From positions 4,629,556 to 4,693,555 of the forward strand of contig CAJINV010000005.1 in NCBI GenBank assembly GCA_905178155.1: a DNA stretch of 64,000 bases, written 5' to 3'. A program made the translations under genes and the position numbers. The stretch comes from Amoebophrya sp. A120. Taxonomy: Eukaryota; Protista; Dinoflagellata. Below the pieces are notes generated by a model, which saw only the letters and a program-made list of their open reading frames with translations, had not been told where the DNA came from and did no database searches. Below are positions 48,209-61,110 of this stretch, one piece after another (the first letter of the stretch is position 1; each line of letters starts with the position of its first letter).

Positions 48209-50280
48209 TCAGTCGCGGTGTTGGACATCGCAATTGAGTTGAAAAGTCTCACCAATCTCCTGTTCCAGTTTCTGAATTGCCTTAGCACACGCCCGAGCCT
48301 CCGCCGAAAGCTGTTGCTTTTTCGCTTGCGATATCCAGTGCAAATATGTCTGGGTCTCCTGGGAAAAACCTGTAATGCTGAGTGGTCATCATTCACTGGG
48401 CCTTCAACTGTACCTGTAGCGAAGCATGACAAGAAATTCATCTTTCGCTCTCTCAAGTCTCATGCTGCGTAGTGCGCATTACAAACTGCGAGTTTGGTCG
48501 TGCACGACGGAGGTGTAAGTACCACCGCTTCTGCTGCTTGAATATGTATGCAATACTTGCAGCTTGTTTTTCAGGCAAAATTTTTATGCCAGACACACAA
48601 TACACCCACAACGAACCTTTCTTCATCTAGACCCAGACGCAGACATATTTGCAATGCATATTTGCTTGACCTTTCCCGCGAAAAACAGCGGCGGCTACCC
48701 CGCCCACGGCCGCGCCGGCCCCCGCGGCGGCTACAGCAACCGGCTCACCCGCACCGGTGCAGCGAGCCACGTTACAAGCCAAATTAGCTACTGCACATCC
48801 AGCCGCGAACATTTCAGCCATTCGCTGTCCGGTTTCATCCCTTTCGATGGCCATACGATGAGGGTCCTGCTGCTGCTGCTTAATGATTTCTTGCTTCCGC
48901 TATCCCACGAAAAAACTGTTTCACTGTGATGCTGGTTTTGCAAGATCCGCATCACAAGTTTGCTACACATGACACAGAAAATTTGCCATGCGCGCTTTCC
49001 AAGGGGGAATACGCTTAAAAATCCAATGCCTCGCAGGTGTAGCAAGACAAATAGTTCTGTGCTCCATTCTATGCATCACAAGTTCACAGTGAAACAGTTT
49101 TTTCTTGCGATATCCGCTTCAGAATCTGCAGTAGCTCACGCCGGTCCTGGCGAACCGTGTTCTCTAACTTTCTGATTTCGCGGCGGAGTCTATCGTAAGG
49201 AAAAATCCCCCCTCCCCATATTGAAAACGTATCCGTCTGAAAATTTGTGATGCGCATTTGTGACCTCAAATCCTGTCGGTCTTGCAAGAAGGCAAGTCCA
49301 GAGAGCGCCCCGCATTTTGCAGGCGGTTTGTGATGCTGTTGGGCTTAGAGCATACACGTTTGTCATGCTAGGCACCTACGTCAAAACCTCTCGACTGAGG
49401 CTTGGCATATGCCTGCAGTCCTCTATTGCAAGACAAATGTGATTTGTGTACGGAAATCCAGCATCAGAAACTTCGTTTCGATATGGGGAGGGGGGATTTT
49501 TCATTTTGATAGAGTCTTTGCCCTTGACGGCTCCACCGAAACTCCTGCGCCCCATATACAATACCCATTCCGCAGCCCACAACAACCGCAGCGGCCCCCC
49601 CAACGGCACAACCGCCAAAGCAGGTGCTTGCAACGGGGGTAGGGTAACTATGCACAGTTGTCGCGGCAAGGGTGTTTAGGCCACCGCAGACCGCGGGCGA
49701 CGCCCCCATACCAGCAATCAGCTGGCCTTTTTTTTTGCCCCGTGTCGGGTTCCGCTCCTTCACCTTGCGTTCCAGTTCCCGCGCTTTTCCCTTCAGCTGG
49801 CATATTCGCTCTAGATTTTCTTCAATCCGGCGTCGCAGCCGCCGCTCGGCATCGTTTAGTACTTCCTATCCATTGCAAAAGTATCGCACTCGAAGAAATG
49901 CATTGCAAATTTCCCCAGCATGAGGTGGTAATGCGGATTTACTTTTAGAAAAAAATTTGTAATGCATGATTGCAATAGTACGAGTGCGATATTTATTTTG
50001 CACAGGATACTTCCTTTGTGACAACCGGAGTTGGAGTTTTAGGAACTCCTGCCCAGCGAGGTGGACGAGGTGGACCGGCGAGGGTAACCGCGAAAGGACC
50101 ACCCTTCTGATCCGGCGAGGCGGACCGACCACGCGACTCCGCCGAAGAAGACGCTTGAACCCGCACCGCCGAAACGAGGCTCACTTCAGTCGACGTCAGG
50201 TTCAGCAACGAGGAGAAAAGCACCGAGCTGCCGGCAACGGCGCCAGCGGCTGCCAACTTCGTAAATACAGACGGGGCCAT
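48209..50280 (-). CDS. Family-4 (MAPSVFTKLAAAG) protein, ~348 aa; signal-like N-terminus, coiled-coil and Gly/Ala/Cys-rich hydrophobic segments; 4 introners
   Basis: In-frame joins TKE|VLN, QRL|RRE, LKR|KQE; frame of last exon less certain. Confidence 0.72.
48332..48660. mobile_element. Introner, family A (diverged, TSD unclear)
   Basis: TIR TATCCAGTGCAAATATGTCTGGGTCT / AGACATATTTGCAATGCATA. Confidence 0.78.
48901..49112. mobile_element. Introner, family D
   Basis: TIRs; perfect TSD TCCGC. Confidence 0.9.
49191..49511. mobile_element. Introner, family H (TATCAA.ATGAAAAATCCCCCCTCCCCATA)
   Basis: TIRs; perfect TSD GAGTC. Confidence 0.9.
49867..50009. mobile_element. Introner, family C
   Basis: TIRs; perfect TSD CTTCC. 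Confidence 0.9.
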
Positions 50281-52909
50281 TTTTGTTTCGGGTAGAAATT
50301 TACTATACTGCACGACGAGAACAACCTCGGAGTCAATTTCTTCGCTTTTCGTTGTAGACAAGGACGGAGGAAATAGTAGGAAAAATTAACAGGTAGTTTT
50401 GAGTGCGTCTAATTTCGATCAGAAATACGGGTACTACTAGGTGTAGGAGTAGGTTGTGATTGTAAGTAATATAACAAACTCTATGTTGGTGGAATCGAAG
50501 ACGTACTCGTCAGTGCAAAGAAAGATGAAGGCTACTTACACAACTGTGCTCACAGTGTGGTCCTCTAAGTGCTTGCCGGTGTAGCTTGTGTCGATTAGGG
50601 TGGTTTTTGCTGAGCTTCGTACTAGCTATGACAGGCAGAAGGTGTTTAAAGGTGTGGTCTAGGAACGTTAAAAGCAAGCGCTTCAAGTTGGAACTGTGTG
50701 TCGAGCTGTTGGGAAATAGTCCCAATCCTGTCTGGCAGTGGTCGTTGGATCGTACTCGAGAGAACACAGGGCGTGCTCCACGTCTAGTCTCCATGAGCGG
50801 AGTGCATCTAGCTACGATGGCACGACGTGCATTGCTAATCTCTATTCGGTAACAAATAGCCATCTTGGCCCTGTCTAGTGTGTTCAGGTTTTCATGTGAA
50901 TGGTGTGCATCTATTTCCCTATCTGGTGCCCTATACATTTATGATTTTCTATGAACCTAGCTACTTTGCATGATCTCCCTACCTGTTTCGTAGGCCTATG
51001 ATCCTCATGAGTTCTTGCACAATTTGGATCCACGACATTAGTAGGATTGGGGATTTTACCGATCCAAACACGAGCAGTTTATTGAATCTCCGGGATCATT
51101 CATTAAGTTCAACAACGCATTGCGTTACGATTTCCCACCGAGATACTTTCTCTCAGAAGCGGAATCAAAAAACTTCGGCGACAACACGTATCCTGTTTCT
51201 TGTAGACCGAGCTGCATTTCTAGATCCCACCTCACCACTTTCGAGACCGATAACACTATCACTAGACCATGAGACATATGAAATCCAACTCGACACTAAA
51301 TTCATTCAGATTTCTCTTTGCACCAACAACAGGAGGGGCTTATGAATGTAAATAAATGCGGAGGATTTTTTGGATCATTTGCAGGACCATTTTAATTGCA
51401 GCGTGCTGATCATGTGCTGACTTTTTATCACTCGCTCTTGCGTCAGATCTTCTTTACCACATAATTCTGGTTCTGATGGATCTGGGTAAGGTGGTCTACT
51501 CTGCAGCAAATAAATTGAAATGGAAATAATTTCTGATCCACATCGTTATCGAAAACGAGAGTAGTATCCCAGTGAAATGAAAACCGACGAAGAACAGCGT
51601 AGTTATTTTGCAGCGAACAGTAAACTGGTGTGTGCTCAACACGACGCACAGTGCGACGCGATGCGCATGGTACTCAGACAATGCGACCACTCTGCTTCGT
51701 CTGTATAATGATCACGGAGGCGGGTCATACGTCATGTAGCTCTAGGAGCCACACAACATACATCTTCACGTCAACATCGTACATCGTACATAATCACGTA
51801 CTTTTTCCACTCTCTGATGATCATCTTCCATGCAGCTAGAATTTTTTTTTACAGTAGAATAGCACTGTCATCCTTCTCCTGCTCCTGCTCTTGTATGTGC
51901 GACGAAGCACGAGGGTGTAGTACACAACTTCTGCGCTCGTGCGTGCACAAGAAATGGAGCAACATCTTCAATGCGTCGCGAGAGTTACCGTCTTCAAACA
52001 AGTTGGCCTTCTTTATGCTAGAAGGTTTGGGCTACAGGGTCATTTCATCGCGTCCTGCTTCTCAGGAAACGACGAAACGAAATAAAACGTGGACCAAGAA
52101 TCTGCGGCGGAAATGAACACACGAGAGCAATGAAGTTGAGTGCGAAATAAGCTCTGCTCTATGCGCGTTTCGCAAAAAAACCATGCTTGATGTTCCCCTA
52201 CGTAGACGCACTAGCGAAATTCTGCACAAGTACGGCTCCTTTTGGGTGCTTGCTAAAGGACCTCATGCGTTCTGGACCACACCAATGGACCAGAAAGGTC
52301 TCATCCTCACTTGTCGCTGTCAACCCGTCCACGGAGCCTGACAGACAACACAAAATAAAACCTTCACTGGCATCAACTACCCGATCACGACTACTGAAAA
52401 GAAGTCATGGAATTTTTATACAAGCGAGGAGCATGGTGGTCCTGATTTAAATTAAATCGATACCGAAGATTTTTGATAAATAAATTCTTACAAAGATGAT
52501 TAAATAAAAGACTGCCGGCATCGCAGATTTTAATACTAGTGTGTGCCTCGAGATACATACATACATACAGGTAGGAGCTAACTGAGCCCCGAGGCTGCTG
52601 ACGAGAGTGTTGTTTTTGAAAAAGTAAAAGTTCGCTCTGCCTGCCACGACTACGAAGCTCTGTCGTCGTCGTGAAAAGAGAAAAATAAAAAGTTGTTTTT
52701 GAGAAAAGCGGAAGCTGTTTCTGTGAAAAGAGAAAATTAAAATAAAGTCTTTCTGTTGTCAAGAACCAGCTGAAATTCTCACAGTTACTGCTTGCTGCGG
52801 TCTACTTTATGTATTTCTTAGAATTGAAGAACCCGATCGAAAATTCATCCTCCGGAGCTACCAAGAACCCCCCGTATCCTCCCGTAATGGGTGGAAAATG
52901 AACCTACCC

Positions 52910-55900
52910 TCAATTCCATGCCGGAATCCATGCCGTGGGTGTGGGCAGGATCTGACCGTGCCACATCCGCGCAGCGTCTCCAGGCCTCACTTGCACATGT
53001 GGGAGGGGAATGTACCGTATGACAGTGCACAACTCCCCCTGCTCCCCCTCATTTCATTTGTATTTTTGCACGAACAGCAATACAAGCGTCGGCAAGATGA
53101 ATTCAGGTTTTGCATCACAAATTCACTCAGGATTATAGGGCTGTTCAAGCTGCCAGGACTTGTCATGCAAAAAGTGCGAAGAGGCAATAAACCAAAGGGA
53201 AAGGGTGGCTTTGGTATTTCGCATGACAAATGAGGGGGAGGGGGCGTTGTGCACTCTCATATCCCGTCGTTCCAGAATCAGGCGGAATTCGCCCAAAGCA
53301 TATCAACATGAAAAATCCCCTCTCCCCATAATATTCAAAGTGGAATTTTTTGTGTAGTAGCATGATTTGTGATCACAAATCCATTTGTGATGCTGGTAGG
53401 GAAGGGATGCGGCCTGTAGTGCTGTCTGGCACGGGCAAGCCTTGCCTCGCCAGTATGACAGAGACCACCCACTGCATATCCTAGAACAGCATGACAAAGT
53501 CAAAGTTCCTGAAAATAGGCCGCAGGTGTGATGTCCCTTTACCTTCCAGCAAAAATACAAGTGGATTTCTGTACACAAATCGCGCATCAGAAATCTCCTT
53601 TTGGTCTGGGGAGGGGGGATCATGTTTCCTCACAATAAAACATGGTCCCTTACAAGTGCTTTCGTGTGAAGCTTTCCCATCTCGATATAGGCACGCTTCG
53701 TATCCTCATTCATCTCACCGAACCCTGGCGACCCGAGTAAAATCCGCATCCACTCTTCCAGCTCACTGAAGTCGTTCGGGTCCTCGTTGAGTGGGAAAGG
53801 AAGGGGCTTGTTTCTAAACAATGTCTCCGCACCACCAATTGTTGAGTTCAACGATGTATTACCGACTAGGGGGGCGAGTGGCTCACGGGAGGAAGCATGT
53901 TGGCCAGCCACAGTCTTCACTTGCGTTGTCCTCAGGCAGTCGTGCATCCAGCGAGCCAAATCTATCGTGTGGTTTTTCCGGATCAGCGCGAGACAAAACT
54001 TTGTGTGGGTATCAAAGACAAAAATGTCTGGGTCTGGGAAGTCATGCTTGTCTGGCATGGCAAAAGAGCTTGTGATGCGTGTCCAAGAAGAGACCCTTTT
54101 GCCTGTCATGCAAGAACGCAGTTTCTCAGGCGAAAAACAGAACACAAAGAAGCGCAGACATTTCTCGTCATGCTTGGCTGTGCATTACAGACCATTCACT
54201 ATTCCCAACACAGCATTACAATTTTCCAGACCCAGACGTTTTTGCAGTTGATAGTGGGTCGCCCACTGCCATTCAACGATGGCATCCAGGATTTCCCACG
54301 AAAAAAGTGTTTTACAGTTACACATTTGCTGTCAATTCAGCAACACAACTGGCTCTGCATGAGAGAGAAAATTTACAATGCAAAAATCCTACGGGAAAAC
54401 ACCTACGAACAAACGAGGCTCTTATAATATGCATATCCTGCATGACAGAGCTTGTCTGTCTTGCTTGGTCTGCAACACAATGTGTAACTGTAACACTTTT
54501 TTCTTGCGATACAGGATTTTCCTGCTCCAGTCGGTGTGGGGCTGACTCGCTTCGAGCACCTGACGCACTTGCTCCTCCTCTCCTATTCTCCGACGCCATT
54601 CTTGTGAAAGCACGCTCAGTGCGGCCTCGGTGTGGGGGAGATGAGACGCGAAGGCGCCGTTACTATCAAAATGCATCCACGACTCTCCTACCTGTGGTTG
54701 CTGGACTGATCCTCGCCGTCCGAAATGCTTGCTCGATTCCAAGGAGAATGCTGGACCGACCCGGTTTCTTGACGTCTCCCCTTTGAAGAGCAGGTCTAAA
54801 GCTTCAACCACGCGACATTCGTCTGACACCAAAAACCAGAGTCTGCTTCTGTCCTCGGCAAAAAAATGCCCGTTCCTTCGTCTGTGGAAATGTCCACTCC
54901 ACTCATTTCGGTTTCCCTCGCGCTCGGGGCTCACTATATCGTGGTCTATTTTGCGCCATATGTCTGCGTAATTTTCACCATACTTTCTCGCATGGTCACT
55001 GATCGTGCCTGACAAAACAGGCACCCTGGTTTCCACTCCTACCCTGGTTTCTTCTCGGCCGGCAGCTAGCCATTCCTTGCGCGCCGCGTAGCGCAGCTTG
55101 AAGAGGGCGTATCCTGTGCAAAAGTACTATCGTCCTCGTCGCATTAAAAAAAAAGTGCAGTCATGAATTACAAATCTTTTATTTTCTCTGGGTGAAAAAA
55201 ATTCCGCATCGCAAATTTCATTTCTGATGCTGAGGAAATTTGTAATGCAAAAAGTCATATAATGCTACTGCTAGTACGATAGATACTTTTGCAGTGCATA
55301 GGACCCGCATTATCGCAATTTTCAAAACTTTGTTCAGTTCATCGTGAAAGCCCCCCTCTGCGTCGAAAAGTCCGTTAAGCCGGAGCAGTCCATTGTTCGT
55401 GGTTGGTCCATTCTGTAGATAGGATATTCTTGTGGGGGCGCTACGTGGTTCGTTAGCGCCGTTCTGAAGTGGTCGTTCACCACGGCACAGAGGACACGTG
55501 GGACTGCGGTTAGGACGCGCGTTCGCCCACCCTTGATCGCACGCGGTCGTCCACCTTTGATCGCATTCTGCGCAGAAGTTCTGATCCACTATGGCGTTCT
55601 CAACTGTTACATTCTCACCTGTATACATGATTTTTTGTCATGCAAATTTACCACCAAGATCGCCACGATTAAGCTGCTTCGCATGACAAATATCCGAAGG
55701 GCTAAACAGCGTCGAAATCTGTGCCAAATCTGTAATGCAAGAGGCGCAATCTTCCCCCTTTGGCTTTCACTCTCGCCGTTCTTGCATTACAAATTCATGT
55801 AACAGTTGAGAAAGTAACATTTGAGAACGCCATATGCACGCGGTGTCCGTTCGGACACAATGCTTCTCCACCTGTCCGTCGCTCGCATTCTTCTATATCC

Positions 55901-56893
55901 AACAGAAAAAGATTGTATAGTTTGTGATGCGCAACATGTTGTACTAAGAAAGATGATTGCGTCAGCGTCTGTCATGCTGGTCATGCATTCATTTTTGTAG
56001 GGTCAATCAATGCAAGTGCGTTTTCACGTGCGATCTCCGAACGTCGACAGCTTTTATTTGCTGTCAACGACCTGGCAGATTTGTAAAAATGCTGGCCCAG
56101 CAAAAAACAACAAATCTGAGTCTTTTTTTCTTGGATATTGTAGACAAATGGCGCACTCGAAGGTTTCTGGAGTGCTTTGATCACCCGCGTTATCAAATGT
56201 AAAAGTGTCTGGGTCTGGAAGAATGCAACTTGTCATGCTAAATCTGAAGCATGCAAAAATCTGTGTTGCATGATTACCAAAAGGTGTCCAGTTTTAACCA
56301 AGTCGGGAGGGAGTTTCTCACGCAGGATAGGCATGAGAGAGATCGCACGGAAGCTGTCATGCTAGGTCCTGCATTCCAGGCCTCATGGGTCATGGAAAAG
56401 CTGCATGACAAATCGAGCATTCCTCCAGACCCAGACATTTTTGCATTTGATATTCAGGAACTCCTTCTACCGCTGGACGATCGACAGCAGCCGATTCCGT
56501 GCCAGAGCTGCTCGAAGGTGGAGCACGACTCGAGGACGAACTAGTTGTACCCAAAGTCGCACCAGGACGTTCGCCCTCGGCTTGCACATCACGCGCCGAC
56601 GAGGAGCGACGACGCGCCGACGAGGTGGACCGACGCGCCGGCGAGGAGCGACGACGCGCCGACGAGGTGGATCGACGCGCCGACGAGGTGGACTGACGCG
56701 GCGACAGGGACCGACCATGCGCCGGCGAGGTGGACCGACCACGGGGCCCCGCCGAAGAAGACGCGAGAACCCGCACTGCCGACACGAGGATCACCGAACT
56801 CGTCGTCAGGTTCAGCAACGATGAGAAATAAAGCACCGAGCTGCCGGCAACTACGCCAGCGGCTGCCAACTTCGTAAATACAGACGGGGCCAT
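52910..56893 (-). CDS. Family-4 N-terminus + RING zinc-finger protein (~652 aa); 8 introners
   Basis: Spliced RING: FECAICL(Q/E)EC..LCPNGHRVHQNFCAEC..W..CPLCR, split by two introners; 1959 nt after removing each element+5 nt. Confidence 0.8.
53018..53261. mobile_element. Introner, family F
   Basis: TIRs; TSD TACCG/TCCCG. Confidence 0.88.
53301..53637. mobile_element. Introner, family H
   Basis: TIRs; TSD AAGCA/AAACA. Confidence 0.82.
54010..54253. mobile_element. Introner, family A
   Basis: TIRs; perfect TSD GTGGG. Confidence 0.9.
54292..54511. mobile_element. Introner, family D
   Basis: TIRs; perfect TSD CAGGA. Confidence 0.88.
55110..55300. mobile_element. Introner, family C
   Basis: TIRs; decayed TSD GGGCG/GGACC; frame restored. 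Confidence 0.83.
55590..55834. mobile_element. Introner, family G
   Basis: TIRs; TSD TCCAC/TGCAC; inside RING. Confidence 0.9.
55896..56137. mobile_element. Introner, family D-like
   Basis: Short TIR; TSD TTCTA/TTGTA; inside RING. Confidence 0.82.
56191..56452. mobile_element. Introner, family A, well-preserved TIRs but no TSD
   Basis: Very similar to 6025-6289; flanks CGCGT/TTCAG. Confidence 0.88.
56591..56740. repeat. 21-bp coding minisatellite (SSARRST/SSARRRS), ~7 copies
   Basis: CGACGCGCCGACGAGG(T/A)G.. units. Confidence 0.85.
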
Positions 56894-59027
56894 TTTAGAT
56901 TGTTTTGGGGTAGAAATTATAGTGCACGAGGACAAGCTCGGAATCAAATTTTTCGCTAGACAACGGAGACAAATAAAAACCTCCGGGTTTATTGGCAACT
57001 ATACACGTGGTTTTGAGTGCCTCAGATCAGAAATACGTACTCTTGTTTAGTGCAAAGATAGATGCAGCCTAGACAACCGTCTAGTGTGGTCTAGAAGTAA
57101 GTGCTTGTCGGTGTAGCTTGTGTCGATTAGGGTAGTAGTTTTTGCTGAGTTTCGTAAAAAGCTATGCCAGGCAGCAGGTGTTTAAAGGTGTGGTCTAAGA
57201 ACGTTAAAAGCAAGAGCTTCAAGTTGGAACTGTGTGTCGAGCAGTTTATTGAATCTCCGAGATCAACATTCACCAATATCAACAACGCATTGCCTTACAA
57301 TTATTTCCCACCGAGATACTTTTTTGCAGATCAATATCAAAAAATTTCGGGCACAACACGTATTCTGTAGACCGAGCTGCGTTTTTAGATCCTCCCTCAC
57401 CACTTTTGAGACCGATAACAGTAGACCATGAGAATTATGAGGTGCAACTCGACACTAAATTCATTCAGATTTCTCTTTGCACGACCAACAGGAGGGGCTC
57501 ATGAATGTAAAATGCGGAGGATTTTTTGGATCATTTGCAGGACCATTTTGATTGCAGCGTGCTGATCATGTGCTGACTTTTTATCGCTCGCTCTTGCGTC
57601 AGATCTTGCTCAACAAATAAAAAATTCTGGCTCTGATAGATCTGAGTGGGGTCTACTCTGCAGCAAATTGAAACGAAAATATCTGATCCATATCGTCAAC
57701 ATCGAAAGCCAGACTATTACCCCAATGAAATGAAAACCGACGTGGGAGCGGAGTTATTTTGCACCAGCGAACAGTAACTACTGCGTGCTCCCGACTTCGC
57801 ACAGTGCGCCGCGATGCGCATAGTACTACAGACAATACGACTTCGTTTCGTCTCTAACCATAATGATCACGGAGGCGGGTCATACGTCATGTAGCTCTAG
57901 CCACACAAGATAGGTCCTGACGTCAACATCGTACATCGTACATAATCACGTACTTTTCCCCCTCTCTGATGATCATCTTCCATGCAGCTAGAATTTTTTT
58001 TTTACAGTAGAATAGCACTGTCATCATTATCTTGCTCCTGCTCTTGTATGTGCGAAGCATGATGGTGTAGTACACAACTTCTGCGCTCGTGCGTGCACAA
58101 GAAATGGAGCAACATCTTCAATGCGTCGCGAGAGTTACCGTCTTCAAACGAGTTGGCCTTCTTTATGCTAGAAGACTGGGCTACAGGGTTAAGTTATTTC
58201 ATCGCGTCCTGCTTCTCATACATTTCCTTTTACTGCTTGGTTTAACCAGTAGTACGCAATCAACTTCAATAAAAACACTGTTTTTAACAAGGTTATTTGT
58301 TGGTCATTTATTATCCTGCTGAGATCTTCGCAAGACTGACCTGCTACACGCGGTTTTGGTTCTTCTCCAAAACTCGCGCTCTTCTTATACGAAAAGAATA
58401 CTGTTGGCTTACAATTAGTTGGATGTCCTTGTCCATCCAAAACAAATCATACAAATGCTTTACTTCTTTCACGTACTTACTATAGAATTATACCTACTGG
58501 GTGCCGCAATAGAGACTCTGCGGCCCGTAAAGTATTTTTGTACTTCTCAATTTTACTAAGTACTTCTTGTTGAATAGTGAAGAACGCAACAAAGCACGAT
58601 AAAGAGCAGGCTAACAGCTTCGCTCCACGACATAAAATCAACTTTGCTTTCTTGCGCAACACAATTCATGGATTCACCATCCATGTCGAGGAAGACCAGG
58701 CACTTGCCCCCCGTAGAAGTACCTCCTGTTTAACTTCTATAAAGCACTTATTTATTAAGTATAAGGAACAATCAGGGTAGCAGAGCCGGAATGATCTCTA
58801 CTATACAACTTAGAAATATATCATGAAAACAACAAAGTCCAGCGTGAGAACATCGTCTATCAAGTTCTTGTAGATGCAATAGTACTAAAACATAGTTAGA
58901 AGAGATCTTCCGCCAGCGGAAGTCGAAGACCTAGCGCGCGCCGTCCGGGTCTGACCGGTGTCCCGGGCATGAGAATTATTTACGGCACGGGGGGAAACCC
59001 TCCTTGCTGGTCGAGGTCGAGGACGCC

Positions 59028-59672
59028 TCATTCAGGTTCAGCCTGAACTCCATGCTCCCGTGCCGGTTCAGCCGGTTCTCCAACCGCCGGCGCATCCATA
59101 TCATGCTGCGCTGGGGCCGCTGCGCGCTGCCCCGCGAAGAACGCTGTCAGGTCGAGAAAGCCGAGCCGCTGTCGCAGTTCCTTCTCTTCTTTCACCAGCG
59201 TATAGTGTTCGCACCACGCAGCGAGGGCAGGTCCACAGTGGTCGGCACCAGAGCGAGCAGCCCCGACGACTCCGCAGGCGCAGGCCGCGGGCGGCCCGCC
59301 CACGGCCGCCGGGGCGCAATTGGATAGGAGACTACAACACACTACTGCTTGGGCACCGATGAGCGCGCCTCTGTTTATGTCATCGTGCCAAGCCGGCCTT
59401 TCGCGCTCAATTTGTTGCTCAAGGGCGAGAAGACGCATTCTCACACGATGTAGTCGCGTCTGCACCTCCTGCCGTTCCCGTTCGGCAGCAACGTCGTCAC
59501 GCGCCGACGAGGTGGACCGGCGACCACGGCGCCCCGCCGAAGACACTTGAACCCGCACTGCCGATACGAGCACCACCGGACTCGTAGTAAAGTTCAACGA
59601 CGAGGAGAAAAACACCGAGCTGCCGGCAACTACGCCAGCGGCTGCCAACTTCGTAAAGAAAGACGGGGCCAT
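59028..59672 (-). CDS. Family-4 protein, intronless (214 aa)
   Basis: ORF with shared MAPSFFTKLAAAG N-terminus, coiled coil and hydrophobic segment similar to the 48209-50280 gene. Confidence 0.8.
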   Translation of the reverse strand: MAPSFFTKLAAAGVVAGSSVFFSSSLNFTTSPVVLVSAVRVQVSSAGRRGRRSTSSARDDVAAERERQEVQTRLHRVRMRLLALEQQIERERPAWHDDINRGALIGAQAVVCCSLLSNCAPAAVGGPPAACACGVVGAARSGADHCGPALAAWCEHYTLVKEEKELRQRLGFLDLTAFFAGQRAAAPAQHDMDAPAVGEPAEPAREHGVQAEPE

Positions 59673-61110
59673 TTCAGATTATTTTGGAGTAGAAATTAAT
59701 ATACTGCACGAGTACAAGCTCGGAATCAAATTGTTCGCGTTTCGTTGTAGACAACGGAGGAAACAATACTGCACAAAAAAAAACGGGCTTAGTTGCAATT
59801 ATACAGGTAGTTTTGAGCGCCTCTAGTAATTTCGATCAGAAATACGGACACTACTAGGTTGTGAATGTAGTAAATGAATTCTATGTTCTTGGTGGAATCG
59901 AAGACGAAGATAATAGGCTTGGTGAGGAAGTGGATAATCAAGGTTTAAGAAAGCGCGACTGATGTTGGCAGCGGATCCTTCTAGAAACCCAATTCTTGTA
60001 ATATCCTGCAATTTGGAAAGAGGACGACGATGAAGTAAGAACGCTTGAGTTGCTAGACACGAAATTCTTCCAGATCTTACACGCACAGCAAAAGGTGGAT
60101 CAACCATTGTTCGTTCCTCCAGGATCGTTTATTTACCACATGTTAACACATGCTCTTGAGTTATAATGGTGTGCAGTTTATTTCATCGGTTGCAAAAATT
60201 GGATCAGATCTTGTTCTGGCCTGGGTCGTGAGATCTACTTACTAGCCTTGGAATCGTATAAGCATCATTCTGATCTTCAAGCACACCGAACAAGAATTAC
60301 AAAAAAACCGACATCAAGGGCCTTCAGAAACAGAATCTTCAAGATGATCTTCTATCATTTATTGCGACGGGGCTGGGTGGCAAAAAAAAACCAACAGATT
60401 AGGACTTTTGTGACCCCATCATCGAGTAAGAATTTTTATTGGTCTTTTTTGTTTCAACAGAAAGGAAGGTAACGAAGAGTGTCTACTTCGCAATACATTT
60501 ATTTTGCTTCATTTTGTTTTACGAATACACATACCGTAGGAGGCCGACAAAAATACGACCTAGTCCACACGACCAGAAGACTAGAAGCGCGTCAAGCGCT
60601 GTTATGAGCAGGTTTGCGATACCTCCTACAACACGATAATGGAAAAGCCTACAACAGCTAGATCGAATTTTCGAGGTGGCTTTTTTTGAAAATATGATGA
60701 TATTTGGTTCGAGCTGGTCTCGATCGATTTGAAAATAAGATTAAAATTCGATCGGTCAAAATAAAAACGAGTTTTAGCAAACGAGGCGGGCTTGGGCCAC
60801 AATGCTGAACTTGGCGAAAGCCAAAATTATCCTTTTGTATATTCATGGCACGGACTCCGCCCTGCGGAAAAATACAAGTGCATTTGTCGTCCGTTGAGGA
60901 AAGCAAAAACTGATTAAATGAAAGATTTTTGCTCCGTTTTATCTCCCAAAAAGCCAACTTGAAATTCTCACATTTTGAATCGAAACATTAGTGCTACATC
61001 AGCTAAAAGCTACTTACTTTATCTGAGATTTTTTTTCGCAGAAATTACTCACACCACAAGCGCCTCACCACTGCTGGTGGAGGTTGTAGTTTACTTCCCC
61101 GTTATACATA

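Larger units (their letters stand above)
50110..58216. repeat. Duplicated family-4 5' exon plus upstream region (50110-52062 vs 56720-58216; third partial copy 59500-59910)
   Basis: Collinear similarity with indels. Confidence 0.8.

Noticed and set aside
48025-48456. 143-aa ORF as the final exon of the 50280 gene
   Set aside because: The element+5-nt rule points to the alternative coiled-coil frame ending at 48209; not excluded without cDNA.
55635-55648. TTTGTCATGCAAAT resembling the animal Sox-Oct composite site
   Set aside because: It is one instance of the introner internal motif; no reason to invoke metazoan factors.
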